Source of the DNA: Minisyncoccota bacterium
GTDB lineage: Bacteria; Patescibacteriota; Minisyncoccia; Phycocordibacterales; UBA9973
Length of the DNA stretch: 64,000 bases
Reading direction: 5' to 3'
NCBI GenBank assembly: GCA_035491955.1
Contig: DATJJU010000001.1
Location: 393 to 64,392, forward strand
This document shows, piece by piece, positions 54,463 to 63,234 of this stretch (its first letter is position 1; each line of letters starts with the position of its first letter). A program made the translations under genes and the position numbers. Under the pieces are notes generated by a model. The model saw nothing but the letters and a program-made list of their open reading frames with translations, did not search any database and was not told the DNA's origin.

Positions 54463-56145
54463 TTATTTTAAACTCTTCGCAGAAATAATGGCGCGAGCGA
54501 GACGAAGAGTGTCGAAGGTATATTTGCCGTCAAGGTGATTGTAGACCGGAGAAAGAAGCGTGGTATCGCATGAAGCAAAAGCATCTACGATGACAGGTAA
54601 TGCTTTCTCAAGCTTGTCATCAATAAGATGCTCAATATCGTCATATTGTATGCGCTTTAAAAGAATAAGCTTTTCAATATGGTCAAGGATAGTAGTCATA
54701 ACAAGCTTTCGCTCTTTTATAATATCCTTTAACGATTTTTTCTCTAGAAGCAATTCTTTTGTCAGATCAAGCGTATCTTTCTTTTCTATCTTCCCATTTT
54801 TGACTTTCTTTGGATCAAACGTGCCTCCATTAGTAAGAATAAAATTCTTCTGAATTTCTGCCAACTGATCTACTGGCAATTTGGCAAAGACATCTTCAGC
54901 TGATTCAGACTGCTCTCGGAAAGTAACATCTTCCTGCAATATGCGCGGATGCACTTGGAATGTTTGTTCATTCCACCCAGTAAGATAGAGACCGCTCAAT
55001 GTACGCACACGAGAAAGTGCCACATAGCCCTGGCCGTATTCAAAAACTTGCCGCAAATCCATGAGTGCTGTATCCAATGAAAGACCCTGGCTTTTGTGAA
55101 TAGTGATAGCCCAAGCCAAACGAAGCGGTATTTGTGTGATAGACGCACGAATCTTGCCGTCTTCTTCAATACTCCAATCCATCGGTTCAATAGTAATCTC
55201 TTCATCATCCTTAGTGCGAATGATCGGATATTTTGTTCCTGTTTCAAAGCGAACAACGGTGCCTGTCGTACCATTCACAAATCCTTTTTGGGTATTGTTC
55301 TTAGTGCACATAACTACTGCTCCAGTTTTCAGCTCTAGTCGCTCCGGAGAAAGACAGCCTTTTTTCAAACTTTCCACCATACTCTCTCGACCTTTTGTGC
55401 TCATAGTGTATACGAAGGTTGGACCTTCGATAGACTGCAACGCCATTTGATTGATAGCATCAACATCAGCATTGTGAGCAAAGAGCCGTGTCATCTCAGT
55501 ATTTTCGAAGACATCACTTTCATCAATCATACGGTTCTTCAAATGAATAAGGTGATCATCTATTACCGTATTGCGGCGAATAGCTGAGAGGAGCGCCAGA
55601 AAGTTTTCATCACTCTGACGATGTTGTTCTGTGATATAGCACACCAGTGGCCTCATTGTTTGCCAGACTTGTGACTGAAATGCAAACGGTACATTTTCTT
55701 CTTTTCGAGAAATCGGTGGGAGTTGGAAAAAATCACCGACAAGAATAACCTGCAGTCCTCCGAACGGTTCTTCTTTTTGTTTGATGGTGCGACAGACACT
55801 ATCAACGAGATCGAGCGTATAGCCATCGATCATAGAGATCTCATCGATGATTAATATTTTTGTTTTTTGAATGCGGCGCACTAAATATTCTGTGCTGGCA
55901 ATTTTATCCAAATCATACGGTGACAAACTTTTGCGAATGCCGATACCGCTCCATGAGTGAATGGTCTGCCCATGAATATGAGTGGCGGCAATACCAGTGG
56001 ATGCAGTAATAGCAGGCTCTATGCCATGAGCGCGCAGGTATGCCACATACTCATTAATAGTATGCGTCTTCCCTGCCCCCGGCTCCCCTGTCAAAAAGAC
56101 ATTGGCCCCCGTCTTCAATATCGTCAATGCCTTTTCCTGAGTCAT
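54463..56145 (-). CDS. SF1B ATP-dependent DNA helicase, PIF1/RecD-like, with a C-terminal helical extension
   Basis: Walker A GEPGAGKTHT, Walker B ILIIDEISM, and the motifs QLPPI and TIHKSQGLSLD; 560 aa. Confidence 0.85.
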   Translation of the reverse strand: MTQEKALTILKTGANVFLTGEPGAGKTHTINEYVAYLRAHGIEPAITASTGIAATHIHGQTIHSWSGIGIRKSLSPYDLDKIASTEYLVRRIQKTKILIIDEISMIDGYTLDLVDSVCRTIKQKEEPFGGLQVILVGDFFQLPPISRKEENVPFAFQSQVWQTMRPLVCYITEQHRQSDENFLALLSAIRRNTVIDDHLIHLKNRMIDESDVFENTEMTRLFAHNADVDAINQMALQSIEGPTFVYTMSTKGRESMVESLKKGCLSPERLELKTGAVVMCTKNNTQKGFVNGTTGTVVRFETGTKYPIIRTKDDEEITIEPMDWSIEEDGKIRASITQIPLRLAWAITIHKSQGLSLDTALMDLRQVFEYGQGYVALSRVRTLSGLYLTGWNEQTFQVHPRILQEDVTFREQSESAEDVFAKLPVDQLAEIQKNFILTNGGTFDPKKVKNGKIEKKDTLDLTKELLLEKKSLKDIIKERKLVMTTILDHIEKLILLKRIQYDDIEHLIDDKLEKALPVIVDAFASCDTTLLSPVYNHLDGKYTFDTLRLARAIISAKSLK

Positions 56146-56363
56146 TACGGTAGATTGTACACTATTGATAATGTTTTGATCATTTATTGATTTATTCTTT
56201 AAATTTTCTTTAGAAAATCTTTATAAATAAGTAAGATATATTACGTTTGTAACATATAGCTATTATAGAGGCATAATCTCTATGATAGATTATCGCAGTT
56301 TGTTGCAAAAATAAGGTGGATAAAGTAGTATACCGCCCATAGCGCCGGTGCTATAATTTAAAT

Positions 56364-56442
56364 ACAAAACACCCCTTTCGGGATGTCTTGTGTGGTTTAA
56401 GCTTGAGTCTCTTCAGTTTCCTGAGGAGACTTTTGCTTTTTT
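56364..56442 (+). ncRNA. candidate small transcript: extended -10 box (TGcTATAAT at 56349-56357), then about 80 nt later a strong terminator (12-bp stem GAGTCTCTTCAG/CTGAGGAGACTT followed by TTGCTTTTTT)
   Basis: Seen directly. A 52-aa ORF on the opposite strand (56402..56557) overlaps this region, so the coding status here is ambiguous. Confidence 0.25.
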
Positions 56443-56923
56443 GGTCGCACTTCGTCTACTTCAAAACAGAACGCTTGCAAACCAACAGAGCTGGCGAGCA
56501 AAACTTTTCCATTACGAAGAGTAATGAAAGGGCGACAGATTGTTGTTTTTGCCATACGGCTACAACTCGGTTTCTTCTTTGCCGCTTTTCGTTAGCTGAG
56601 AATATTTAAAACCAAACAAAAAAGAACCATTTAACTTTGAACAGCACTCAGCTCAGAATTAGATTTTCATCAAATCCAAACCTCAGAGTCGAAACTAAGA
56701 CTTGGATTTCAATCTTTCGATTGTCATCCTGGTCTAAGTACTAGTCAAAATAATGGTTCTTTTTACAGTACAATTAACGTCTAGTAATTAGTGCGGAATG
56801 CTGTTCTTTATCCTTATAGGATAGGACTCAAGTGTTTCGCCACAAGAGAACATTATTATTTTCGCAAATATTAAAATAAGAGTCAAGGAACTATCCCCAG
56901 AAAATTTAAAAAGTAATCAATTT

Positions 56924-57832
56924 TTAAAAATGAATGATGTAAAGAGTGCCGGGGATGGGAAAAGGAGTGCCGAAAGGAATGATGATGCGGCCGGTGCGGT
57001 GAAGTTGGAATGGAGGGATAGTAGAAAATGGAATGGTAATAGTAGTTGGCGTAGCGACCTGAGTTTGAGAGACGGTCGCGCTGGTGCGATAAACGGTAAA
57101 GTCAGTACCGTTGGAAGCGATTGGTGAAGGGACAGAGAGTGCGGTGTTGGTAGGATTATCCATAAGGTTAACTTGCTGAGCATTGGTTTGTGCAAGCGTG
57201 ACACGAGTGCCATTTTGTATGGCGGTAGCGTTGGTGAATTTCACCGGCGTGTATCCTGACAAGTTTGCAAATGTGCCATCTACAAGCGGACGTTCTTGGA
57301 TCCACTCCGCCGAAGAATATGATGATTGATAGCTTACTGTTTTTTGAAACTGCTTCCCTGTCGTATTGTTTGTAATGACAATATTCCATGTATTGGTAGA
57401 CGTTTCAGTAATAGAAATGCTGATAGAGTCATCAGGGTGAACTGCCAAGTCAATCGGCGTAGAGTCTGCTGGTAACAATTCGTACCACGCCTGATATGTT
57501 GCTCCGTCGCTATTGGCAATTTCATATACTCCCGCCTGGATAAGATCGTTAGTCCCCGGTTTACCGCCAATACCTACCCATGTCGCATTTGATGCCAATG
57601 TAGAAGAATAGGTTAATTCGGGCATGACAAAGGTGCCACTGACGCCTGTGTAAGTGCCATTTTGAGCCATATACCCAGACCAGTTGGCAGAGGTAGCTGA
57701 GACACTATCTGCCGCAAAAGCTGTGCCTGAAAAAAGGCCTACGGCCAGCATGATGAAAAATATCGCTATGAAGTTACGTAGAAAATAACGCTTCATACCT
57801 ATATATACGAAAAAGGATCGGAAAAGTTGCAT
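56924..57832 (-). CDS. peptidase G1 (eqolisin/scytalidoglutamic peptidase-like) family secreted protein
   Basis: Signal peptide, then SANWSGY...TGVSGTFVMPE...ATWVGIGG...YQAWYELLP, which is characteristic of the G1 beta-sandwich peptidases. Confidence 0.65.
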   Translation of the reverse strand: MQLFRSFFVYIGMKRYFLRNFIAIFFIMLAVGLFSGTAFAADSVSATSANWSGYMAQNGTYTGVSGTFVMPELTYSSTLASNATWVGIGGKPGTNDLIQAGVYEIANSDGATYQAWYELLPADSTPIDLAVHPDDSISISITETSTNTWNIVITNNTTGKQFQKTVSYQSSYSSAEWIQERPLVDGTFANLSGYTPVKFTNATAIQNGTRVTLAQTNAQQVNLMDNPTNTALSVPSPIASNGTDFTVYRTSATVSQTQVATPTTITIPFSTIPPFQLHRTGRIIIPFGTPFPIPGTLYIIHF

Positions 57833-59181
57833 TATTTCAAAACGTTTTGAATGCGTTCTATAGTTTTTTCCTTGCCGAGAATGCTTGCGAGCTCAAATGG
57901 ATCAGGAGATTTTTCTTTGCCGGAGAGGGCGACACGGAGCGGCCAGAGAACATTTCCCTTCCCTTCCTTCTCTGCGTATTCCATAAGGCTTGCCTTGAGC
58001 CCATCGATACTCCACTCCGAAGCTTGCTCAATGAGCATAAGCGCCTGGCGAAGATAGTCCTTGGTCTTTTGCAATCCTTCAGGATCTTCCTTCAATGCTT
58101 TCCAAATAAGCATATGCTCATCGACTGAAGGTTCTTTGAAGAAATAATCAAACTCCCCCTCATCAAACAATGTCTTGATATCTGAGAATCTGTCGATGCG
58201 GTCACGGAGAATATGCTCAATCTTTTTCAGCATTTCATGAGTAGGTTCAGTATCTCCGATCCAGTCCGGTAGGTAGACATGCGCATGATCCCAAAATTCT
58301 TTCATTGAGAGTTTCTTAATATATTCTCTATTGAACCAATTCAGTTTTTCAATATTAAACACTGCTCCGCCTTTTTGCATGCGAGCAAAATCAAAACGTG
58401 CGATCAATTCTTCTCGTGAAAAAATTTCCTGATCAGAACCTGGATCAGCAGGATTCCAGCCGATCATAGCAATGCAATTAAATACAGCGTCGGGGAGATA
58501 TCCCTCTTTAGCATATTCCGTCATTGGCAATGCACCCTTTCGTTTCGAAAGCTTCTGCTTGTCAGGACCAAGCACCAGTGGCAAGTGGGCATACTGCGGT
58601 ATATCAAAACCAAGCGCTTCGTGAATAAGAATTTGTCGCGGAGTATTTGCAATATGCTCTTCTGCACGAATGACATGCGTAATGCCTTCATCATGGTCAT
58701 CAACAACTACGACAAAGTGAAATACTGGCTCGTCGATAGTGCGAGCAATGACGAAGTCGCCGAGATCGGTCGTATCTGTATTGATAGTGCCGCGAATTTC
58801 ATCAGTGAACTGCACTACTTTGTTAGGATTGCGAAAACGAATAACATCTTTCATTGCACCTGAGCCGTCTTTTGATTCTTCACGAGAAACGTAGGCTTTG
58901 TCTTCATCAATCAGTTTGTTGATGAGTTCCTTATGGCGAGCAAGATGTTCTGACTGTATGTATTGCTCGTCATTATTGATACCAAGCCATTCCAATGCCT
59001 CAAAAATATCCTGCTTTGCTTCTTCGCTATTGCGAGCAGCATCAGTGTCTTCAATGCGCAAGACAAATTTGCCTCCGTGCTTGCGGGCATAGAGCCAAGA
59101 ATACATAGCGGTACGATAGCTTCCAGCATGAGCCTTGCCAGTCGGGCTCGGTGCGAAGCGAGTAACAATAGGTTTATCCAT
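57832..59181 (-). CDS. gltX: glutamate--tRNA ligase
   Basis: HIGH-class motif (RFAPSPTGKAHAG), KLSKRKG (KMSKS), and an anticodon-binding domain; 449 aa. Confidence 0.92.
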   Translation of the reverse strand: MDKPIVTRFAPSPTGKAHAGSYRTAMYSWLYARKHGGKFVLRIEDTDAARNSEEAKQDIFEALEWLGINNDEQYIQSEHLARHKELINKLIDEDKAYVSREESKDGSGAMKDVIRFRNPNKVVQFTDEIRGTINTDTTDLGDFVIARTIDEPVFHFVVVVDDHDEGITHVIRAEEHIANTPRQILIHEALGFDIPQYAHLPLVLGPDKQKLSKRKGALPMTEYAKEGYLPDAVFNCIAMIGWNPADPGSDQEIFSREELIARFDFARMQKGGAVFNIEKLNWFNREYIKKLSMKEFWDHAHVYLPDWIGDTEPTHEMLKKIEHILRDRIDRFSDIKTLFDEGEFDYFFKEPSVDEHMLIWKALKEDPEGLQKTKDYLRQALMLIEQASEWSIDGLKASLMEYAEKEGKGNVLWPLRVALSGKEKSPDPFELASILGKEKTIERIQNVLK

Positions 59182-59266
59182 TCCCTCATACTAGCAAAAT
59201 AAGGCTTTATTGACAAAAGGTGTGGTAGTTCTACAATAAAGAAAAACCCTAAAAAAATTAAACACC

Positions 59267-59686
59267 ATGGAAGTAATTATTTCATCGGGAATACTATTCC
59301 TGATTGGTTATGTAGTAGTTGCAATTGTATCAGTGTATTATTTTTTTGAATGCTGGCGAGTAAGAGATCCTTATGGCGTATATCTCCATATTGAAGAAGA
59401 TGATGATCAAGGAGTGGAGCTGACAATATTTGGTACGCTATGGTTTTTATTCGCAGGTATTTTCTTTGTAGCAGGAATGAATTGCGTTCACGCATGCAAC
59501 TCCGTGCAAGAGGCTGTACAACTGTATTTAGTTATTAGTATTTTCATTTATATTCTTACGTATCTTCGCGCCGGTAGTCACCGTTACCGACTTAATAGCT
59601 TTAAAGAAGCTGGAGAATCCAATATTCTTAGAATAATCTCAAGAGCGATAAAAGATATCGTGGTAAAAAATGAAGTTACTGCGTAA
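59267..59686 (+). CDS. hypothetical membrane protein
   Basis: 139 aa with 4 transmembrane helices. Confidence 0.5.
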   Translation: MEVIISSGILFLIGYVVVAIVSVYYFFECWRVRDPYGVYLHIEEDDDQGVELTIFGTLWFLFAGIFFVAGMNCVHACNSVQEAVQLYLVISIFIYILTYLRAGSHRYRLNSFKEAGESNILRIISRAIKDIVVKNEVTA

Positions 59687-59695
59687 TTAAAAAAG

Positions 59696-59721
59696 TGCCG
59701 TTTTACGGCATTTTTTATTTT
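59696..59721. terminator. bidirectional terminator (TGCCG-tttta-CGGCA followed by T6ATTTT)
   Basis: Hairpin with an A-run on the 5' side and a T-run on the 3' side, between convergent genes. Confidence 0.7.
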
Positions 59722-59726
59722 GCTTC

Positions 59727-60482
59727 TTATTTCTTTCGACTCCACTCATACAACACCACTGATGCAGCCACTGATGCATTCAATGATTCGCAATTGGGAT
59801 CCATAGGGATAGTGAGACCGACATCGCAGAGCTCCATAGTCTTCTCTCGAATACCAACAGACTCATTACCAACGATAAAAAGAGTTGGTGTATCAAAGAC
59901 GGCGTCTTTCAATTTCGTATCGCCATTCATAACAAGACCATAGCTCCACATATGTTTTTCTTTCAACATCCGCAGAGTCTGATTAACATTGCCAATCTTC
60001 ACAATAGGAATACGAAAGACCATGCCGGCAGAAGTCTTGATAACAGTACCAGTGATCGGTGACTGATTATGTTCCGGCATCAAGATGGCACTTGCACCGA
60101 ATGCTACTGCGCTACGAATGATTGCGCCGACATTGTGAGGGTCATGCAATTCATCAAGAAGAACAAAGCATGTTTCTGCGCCTTTATCTAATAAAGGCAA
60201 TACACTTTCGAGTGACGTATACAATTTATCAGTATTGATCACAGCAATAACACCTTGATGTACGGCATCTTCTTCGACTACTTTAGTCTTTTCTTGCTTC
60301 ATAGTAGTGAAGCCAATCTTATGGGTCGCAAGCAAATGTGTAAGCTCTTTATCCCCTTCTGCATTTGCATCCAAATAGACTTTCTGGACACATTCCGGCT
60401 TGGCCAAAAGAGCCTCGCGCAGTGCGTGCTTGCCGTAGAGATAGACTTTGCTCAGGTCTTTTTTCATGTCTGCATAGTACAA
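59727..60482 (-). CDS. TrmH/SpoU-family RNA 2'-O-methyltransferase (RlmB-like)
   Basis: SpoU substrate-binding N-terminal domain plus SPOUT methylase motifs; 251 aa. Confidence 0.8.
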   Translation of the reverse strand: MYYADMKKDLSKVYLYGKHALREALLAKPECVQKVYLDANAEGDKELTHLLATHKIGFTTMKQEKTKVVEEDAVHQGVIAVINTDKLYTSLESVLPLLDKGAETCFVLLDELHDPHNVGAIIRSAVAFGASAILMPEHNQSPITGTVIKTSAGMVFRIPIVKIGNVNQTLRMLKEKHMWSYGLVMNGDTKLKDAVFDTPTLFIVGNESVGIREKTMELCDVGLTIPMDPNCESLNASVAASVVLYEWSRKK

Positions 60483-60506
60483 GAGAAATAGGTTTTCGTA
60501 AATAAA

Positions 60507-61055
60507 CTATTTCTTATACTTAAAGCAAGTCGGAGGATGGTCATTGATCATGCCCACAGCCTGCATAAAGGCGAAGCAGATTGTAGCACCGACAAAACGA
60601 AAGCCGTCTTTCTTTAATTGTTTGCTCATAATCTCGCTGATTTTGATCGCTTCTTTTTGCTGTGCATGCTTCATTGGCTTGTTGCCGACAAAATGCCAGA
60701 TATATTTGTCGAAGCTTCCCCACTGCTTTTGAACAACCATGTATGCCTTAGCGTTTTCAATGACAGCATTAATCTTCAGACGATTACGGATAATGCCTTC
60801 GTTTTTCATAAGCTGTTCTTTTTTAGCGTCGCTATATTTTACGATCTTCTTTGCGTCAAAATGATCAAAGGCTTTGCGATAGTTATCTCGCTTTTTCAAC
60901 ACGGTAATCCAGCTTAATCCTGCCTGTGCACCTTCAAGATTCAGCATTTCAAAAAGTCTTTGATCGTCATGTAGTGGTACTCCCCATTCCTTGTCGTGAT
61001 ATTCGGTATAGATCTCAGGGCTATTGCCCCAGGAGCAGCGAGGTTTAATTTTCAT
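60507..61055 (-). CDS. tag: DNA-3-methyladenine glycosylase I
   Basis: RCSWGNS...YHDKEWGVPLHDDQRLFEMLNLEGAQAGLSW with zinc ligands; 182 aa. Confidence 0.92.
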   Translation of the reverse strand: MKIKPRCSWGNSPEIYTEYHDKEWGVPLHDDQRLFEMLNLEGAQAGLSWITVLKKRDNYRKAFDHFDAKKIVKYSDAKKEQLMKNEGIIRNRLKINAVIENAKAYMVVQKQWGSFDKYIWHFVGNKPMKHAQQKEAIKISEIMSKQLKKDGFRFVGATICFAFMQAVGMINDHPPTCFKYKK

Positions 61056-61170
61056 GCATACATTCTATCATCTCTCGAAGGTCCAACCTTCGTCTTGTCG
61101 TGACGCCTTGCTTCACGACACGCTTATTGACAGAATATAATGCAATGTTATTGTTATAAAAAATTCGAGA

Positions 61171-61506
61171 ATGAAAAAGGTAAAAGAAATCACCCTGTTT
61201 TTCTTATGGCTTTGCTATATCGCTATAAGCTTTGTACTAATGGGCGCTGCCCTCGTATTGAGTACCGACCATCTTTGGCTGACATTCGTCATCAATTTCC
61301 TGCTCCTTCACTGCATCTTAATTGCAATGTATTTCAAAAGGTACACTTTTCTTCTGCCGTTCCTGGCCATGACTCTTGGCAGCTTTATGGCAAATACAGG
61401 TCTGAGCATTATTGCATTCTTTATTCTGATCGTATTAATGATCATATTTGAATGGCATAAGCTTACCGGCAGAATACTAATCAGATATTTCCCTTTTAAG
61501 ATATAA
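61171..61506 (+). CDS. hypothetical membrane protein
   Basis: 111 aa with 3-4 transmembrane helices. Confidence 0.5.
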   Translation: MKKVKEITLFFLWLCYIAISFVLMGAALVLSTDHLWLTFVINFLLLHCILIAMYFKRYTFLLPFLAMTLGSFMANTGLSIIAFFILIVLMIIFEWHKLTGRILIRYFPFKI

Positions 61507-61524
61507 AAGTGTAGCGCAAGAAAA

Positions 61525-61566
61525 AAGCGGTAAACATTTCATGTTTACCGCTTTTATATTTCTTTT
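61525..61566. terminator. bidirectional terminator (13-bp stem AAGCGGTAAACAT / ATGTTTACCGCTT)
   Basis: Perfect stem with flanking A and T runs. Confidence 0.8.
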
Positions 61567-61573
61567 TAGCCGG

Positions 61574-61960
61574 CTACGAAGCTAGTCTTCCATTCATTCT
61601 TTGATTGTTACGAATGAGATATTCTTCGCGCATGCAAATTTTAATTTTGAGACCATCGGCACTACAACTGAAATTCCTTTGAAATTTTTCCTTAAGTTTT
61701 GCATCTAAAGGGATAATATAGTCCCTGACTTTTCTAACACCAGTACTTTTAGAAAATGTGGCAACAAATGTTGCGCTTTTCTCACCCGGCTGAGAAAGTG
61801 TCGGCATAGGCAATCCTTTTATTACACCGTAACTGTTTATTAAAACAGAATGTACGTCAGACCAGATCTCATTCAAGATACCTAGATCAAATGTTGTAGT
61901 ACTTTTCATATTGTGTCGGTTTGTTTTTGATAACTTTATAGGAATAAAGGAGAAAGTCAA
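61574..61960 (-). CDS. hypothetical protein
   Basis: 128-aa ORF; the real start may be the internal MKSTTTF. Confidence 0.4.
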   Translation of the reverse strand: MTFSFIPIKLSKTNRHNMKSTTTFDLGILNEIWSDVHSVLINSYGVIKGLPMPTLSQPGEKSATFVATFSKSTGVRKVRDYIIPLDAKLKEKFQRNFSCSADGLKIKICMREEYLIRNNQRMNGRLAS

Positions 61961-62028
61961 ACAAATAATCTAAGGATTAATTGACAAATCTGAATAATAA
62001 TGTATACTGAAGTAAAATTGAAAAGAAG

Positions 62029-62670
62029 ATGAAGTTATTATTACCTAAACGGGTGTATGGTGAAGTGCTAGGCATAAACATTACCCCAAAGCAGGGCGAG
62101 AGAATTTATTTTCTTGCTGGCCCTATACGAGGCGCGGATGACTGGCAAAAAGAAGCAGTTAAACTCCTCGCAGAAAAAGACCCTCACTGCTATGTCGCCT
62201 GTCCACGTCGTTACGATGAATCCCATGAGTTATACCATTTAAGCGAAAGCGTCCAGGGTTCGATATTGCATTTTAGCAGGCAAACCCTGTGGGAAAGATA
62301 TTATTTGGACCGTGCGGCACGATCCGGTTGTATTATTTTCTGGCTTCCTTGTGAAAGTGCGACCAATCCTCGTAAAAAAGAGGATGGTCCATACGCCAGG
62401 GATACGTATGGAGAACTTGCGCGCTGGAGCATGTGCAAAGCCTGTACTGTTACACCAGACCATTACAAATTTTTCGATAAGGAAAGACCTGAGCATGTGA
62501 ACATCGCAATTGGAGCAGAAGGAAATTTCCCCGGCCTGGATGTGATTTATGAAAATTTCACTAAGGATAATTGTGGCTTCCAGTTTTGCGGATCACTAGA
62601 CGCCGCTGTTAATGAAGGTGTGCGCTTAGGAAAAGAGGTAAACCGACAGCCGTTTTCGTTTAATGACTAA
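62029..62670 (+). CDS. nucleoside 2-deoxyribosyltransferase-like / DNPH1(Rcl)-like protein
   Basis: N-terminal RIYFLAGPIRGADDWQ resembles the NDT/Rcl YxAGP(I/L)F motif; 213 aa. Weak call. Confidence 0.35.
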   Translation: MKLLLPKRVYGEVLGINITPKQGERIYFLAGPIRGADDWQKEAVKLLAEKDPHCYVACPRRYDESHELYHLSESVQGSILHFSRQTLWERYYLDRAARSGCIIFWLPCESATNPRKKEDGPYARDTYGELARWSMCKACTVTPDHYKFFDKERPEHVNIAIGAEGNFPGLDVIYENFTKDNCGFQFCGSLDAAVNEGVRLGKEVNRQPFSFND

Positions 62671-62693
62671 TAAAATCTTTTAACTGATCTGAG

Positions 62694-62723
62694 AGCCCGA
62701 GATAGTATCGAGGGCTTTTTTTA
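62694..62723 (+). terminator. rho-independent terminator (AGCCCGAGATA...TATCGAGGGCT followed by T7)
   Basis: Hairpin followed by a T7 tract. Confidence 0.7.
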
Positions 62724-63233
62724 TTTCATATTTTCCAAAAAGACGATACTTCTTTCAAGAATATATTTGTCGTACAGCTCAATGTGATCTTTCAAATCTT
62801 TAAGACTTTGCTGTATGAGACGGAATGATTCTTCTTTTGAAAACCAAACCGGTTCTACGCCAAGGGCTTTTTCTTTTTCGGTAAGTTCCGGTAATCCTTT
62901 TTCTCCTACCACCTTTACAACAAAGCAATACGATTCATTGATTCGTTCTAATTTCTTTCTATATTCACGAGTCATGCCAAGCTCTCTTACAATTTCAACA
63001 ACACAGCCTATTTCTTCCTTACACTCCCGGATACATGCCTGCTCTAGACTCTCGCCTTCCTCTACTCCCCCACCTGGTAATTCATAATACTGACGATCAG
63101 AATTGGTGATGTGAATAAGACCAAGATTATCTTCCTGGTCGATGACAATAGCTCGTACAGCCTTTCTGACTTTGTACGTACTCGCTTCCTGTTCAGAAAC
63201 ATTTTCTTCGTTGAAGGTGTGGAAGAGTTCCAT
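62721..63233 (-). CDS. NUDIX hydrolase
   Basis: Nudix box GGGVEEGESLEQACIRECKEEIG; 170 aa. Confidence 0.85.
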   Translation of the reverse strand: MELFHTFNEENVSEQEASTYKVRKAVRAIVIDQEDNLGLIHITNSDRQYYELPGGGVEEGESLEQACIRECKEEIGCVVEIVRELGMTREYRKKLERINESYCFVVKVVGEKGLPELTEKEKALGVEPVWFSKEESFRLIQQSLKDLKDHIELYDKYILERSIVFLENMK

Positions 63234-63234
63234 A

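Noticed and set aside
56560-56920. Possible tmRNA, RNase P RNA, SRP RNA or 6S RNA in the ORF-free stretch
   Set aside because: I could not find the diagnostic motifs by eye: no GGUUCGA T-arm-like 3' end, no AGGAAAGUCCGGGC P4 box, no GGAAGCAGCC SRP domain IV. It is kept only as an unexplained non-coding region.
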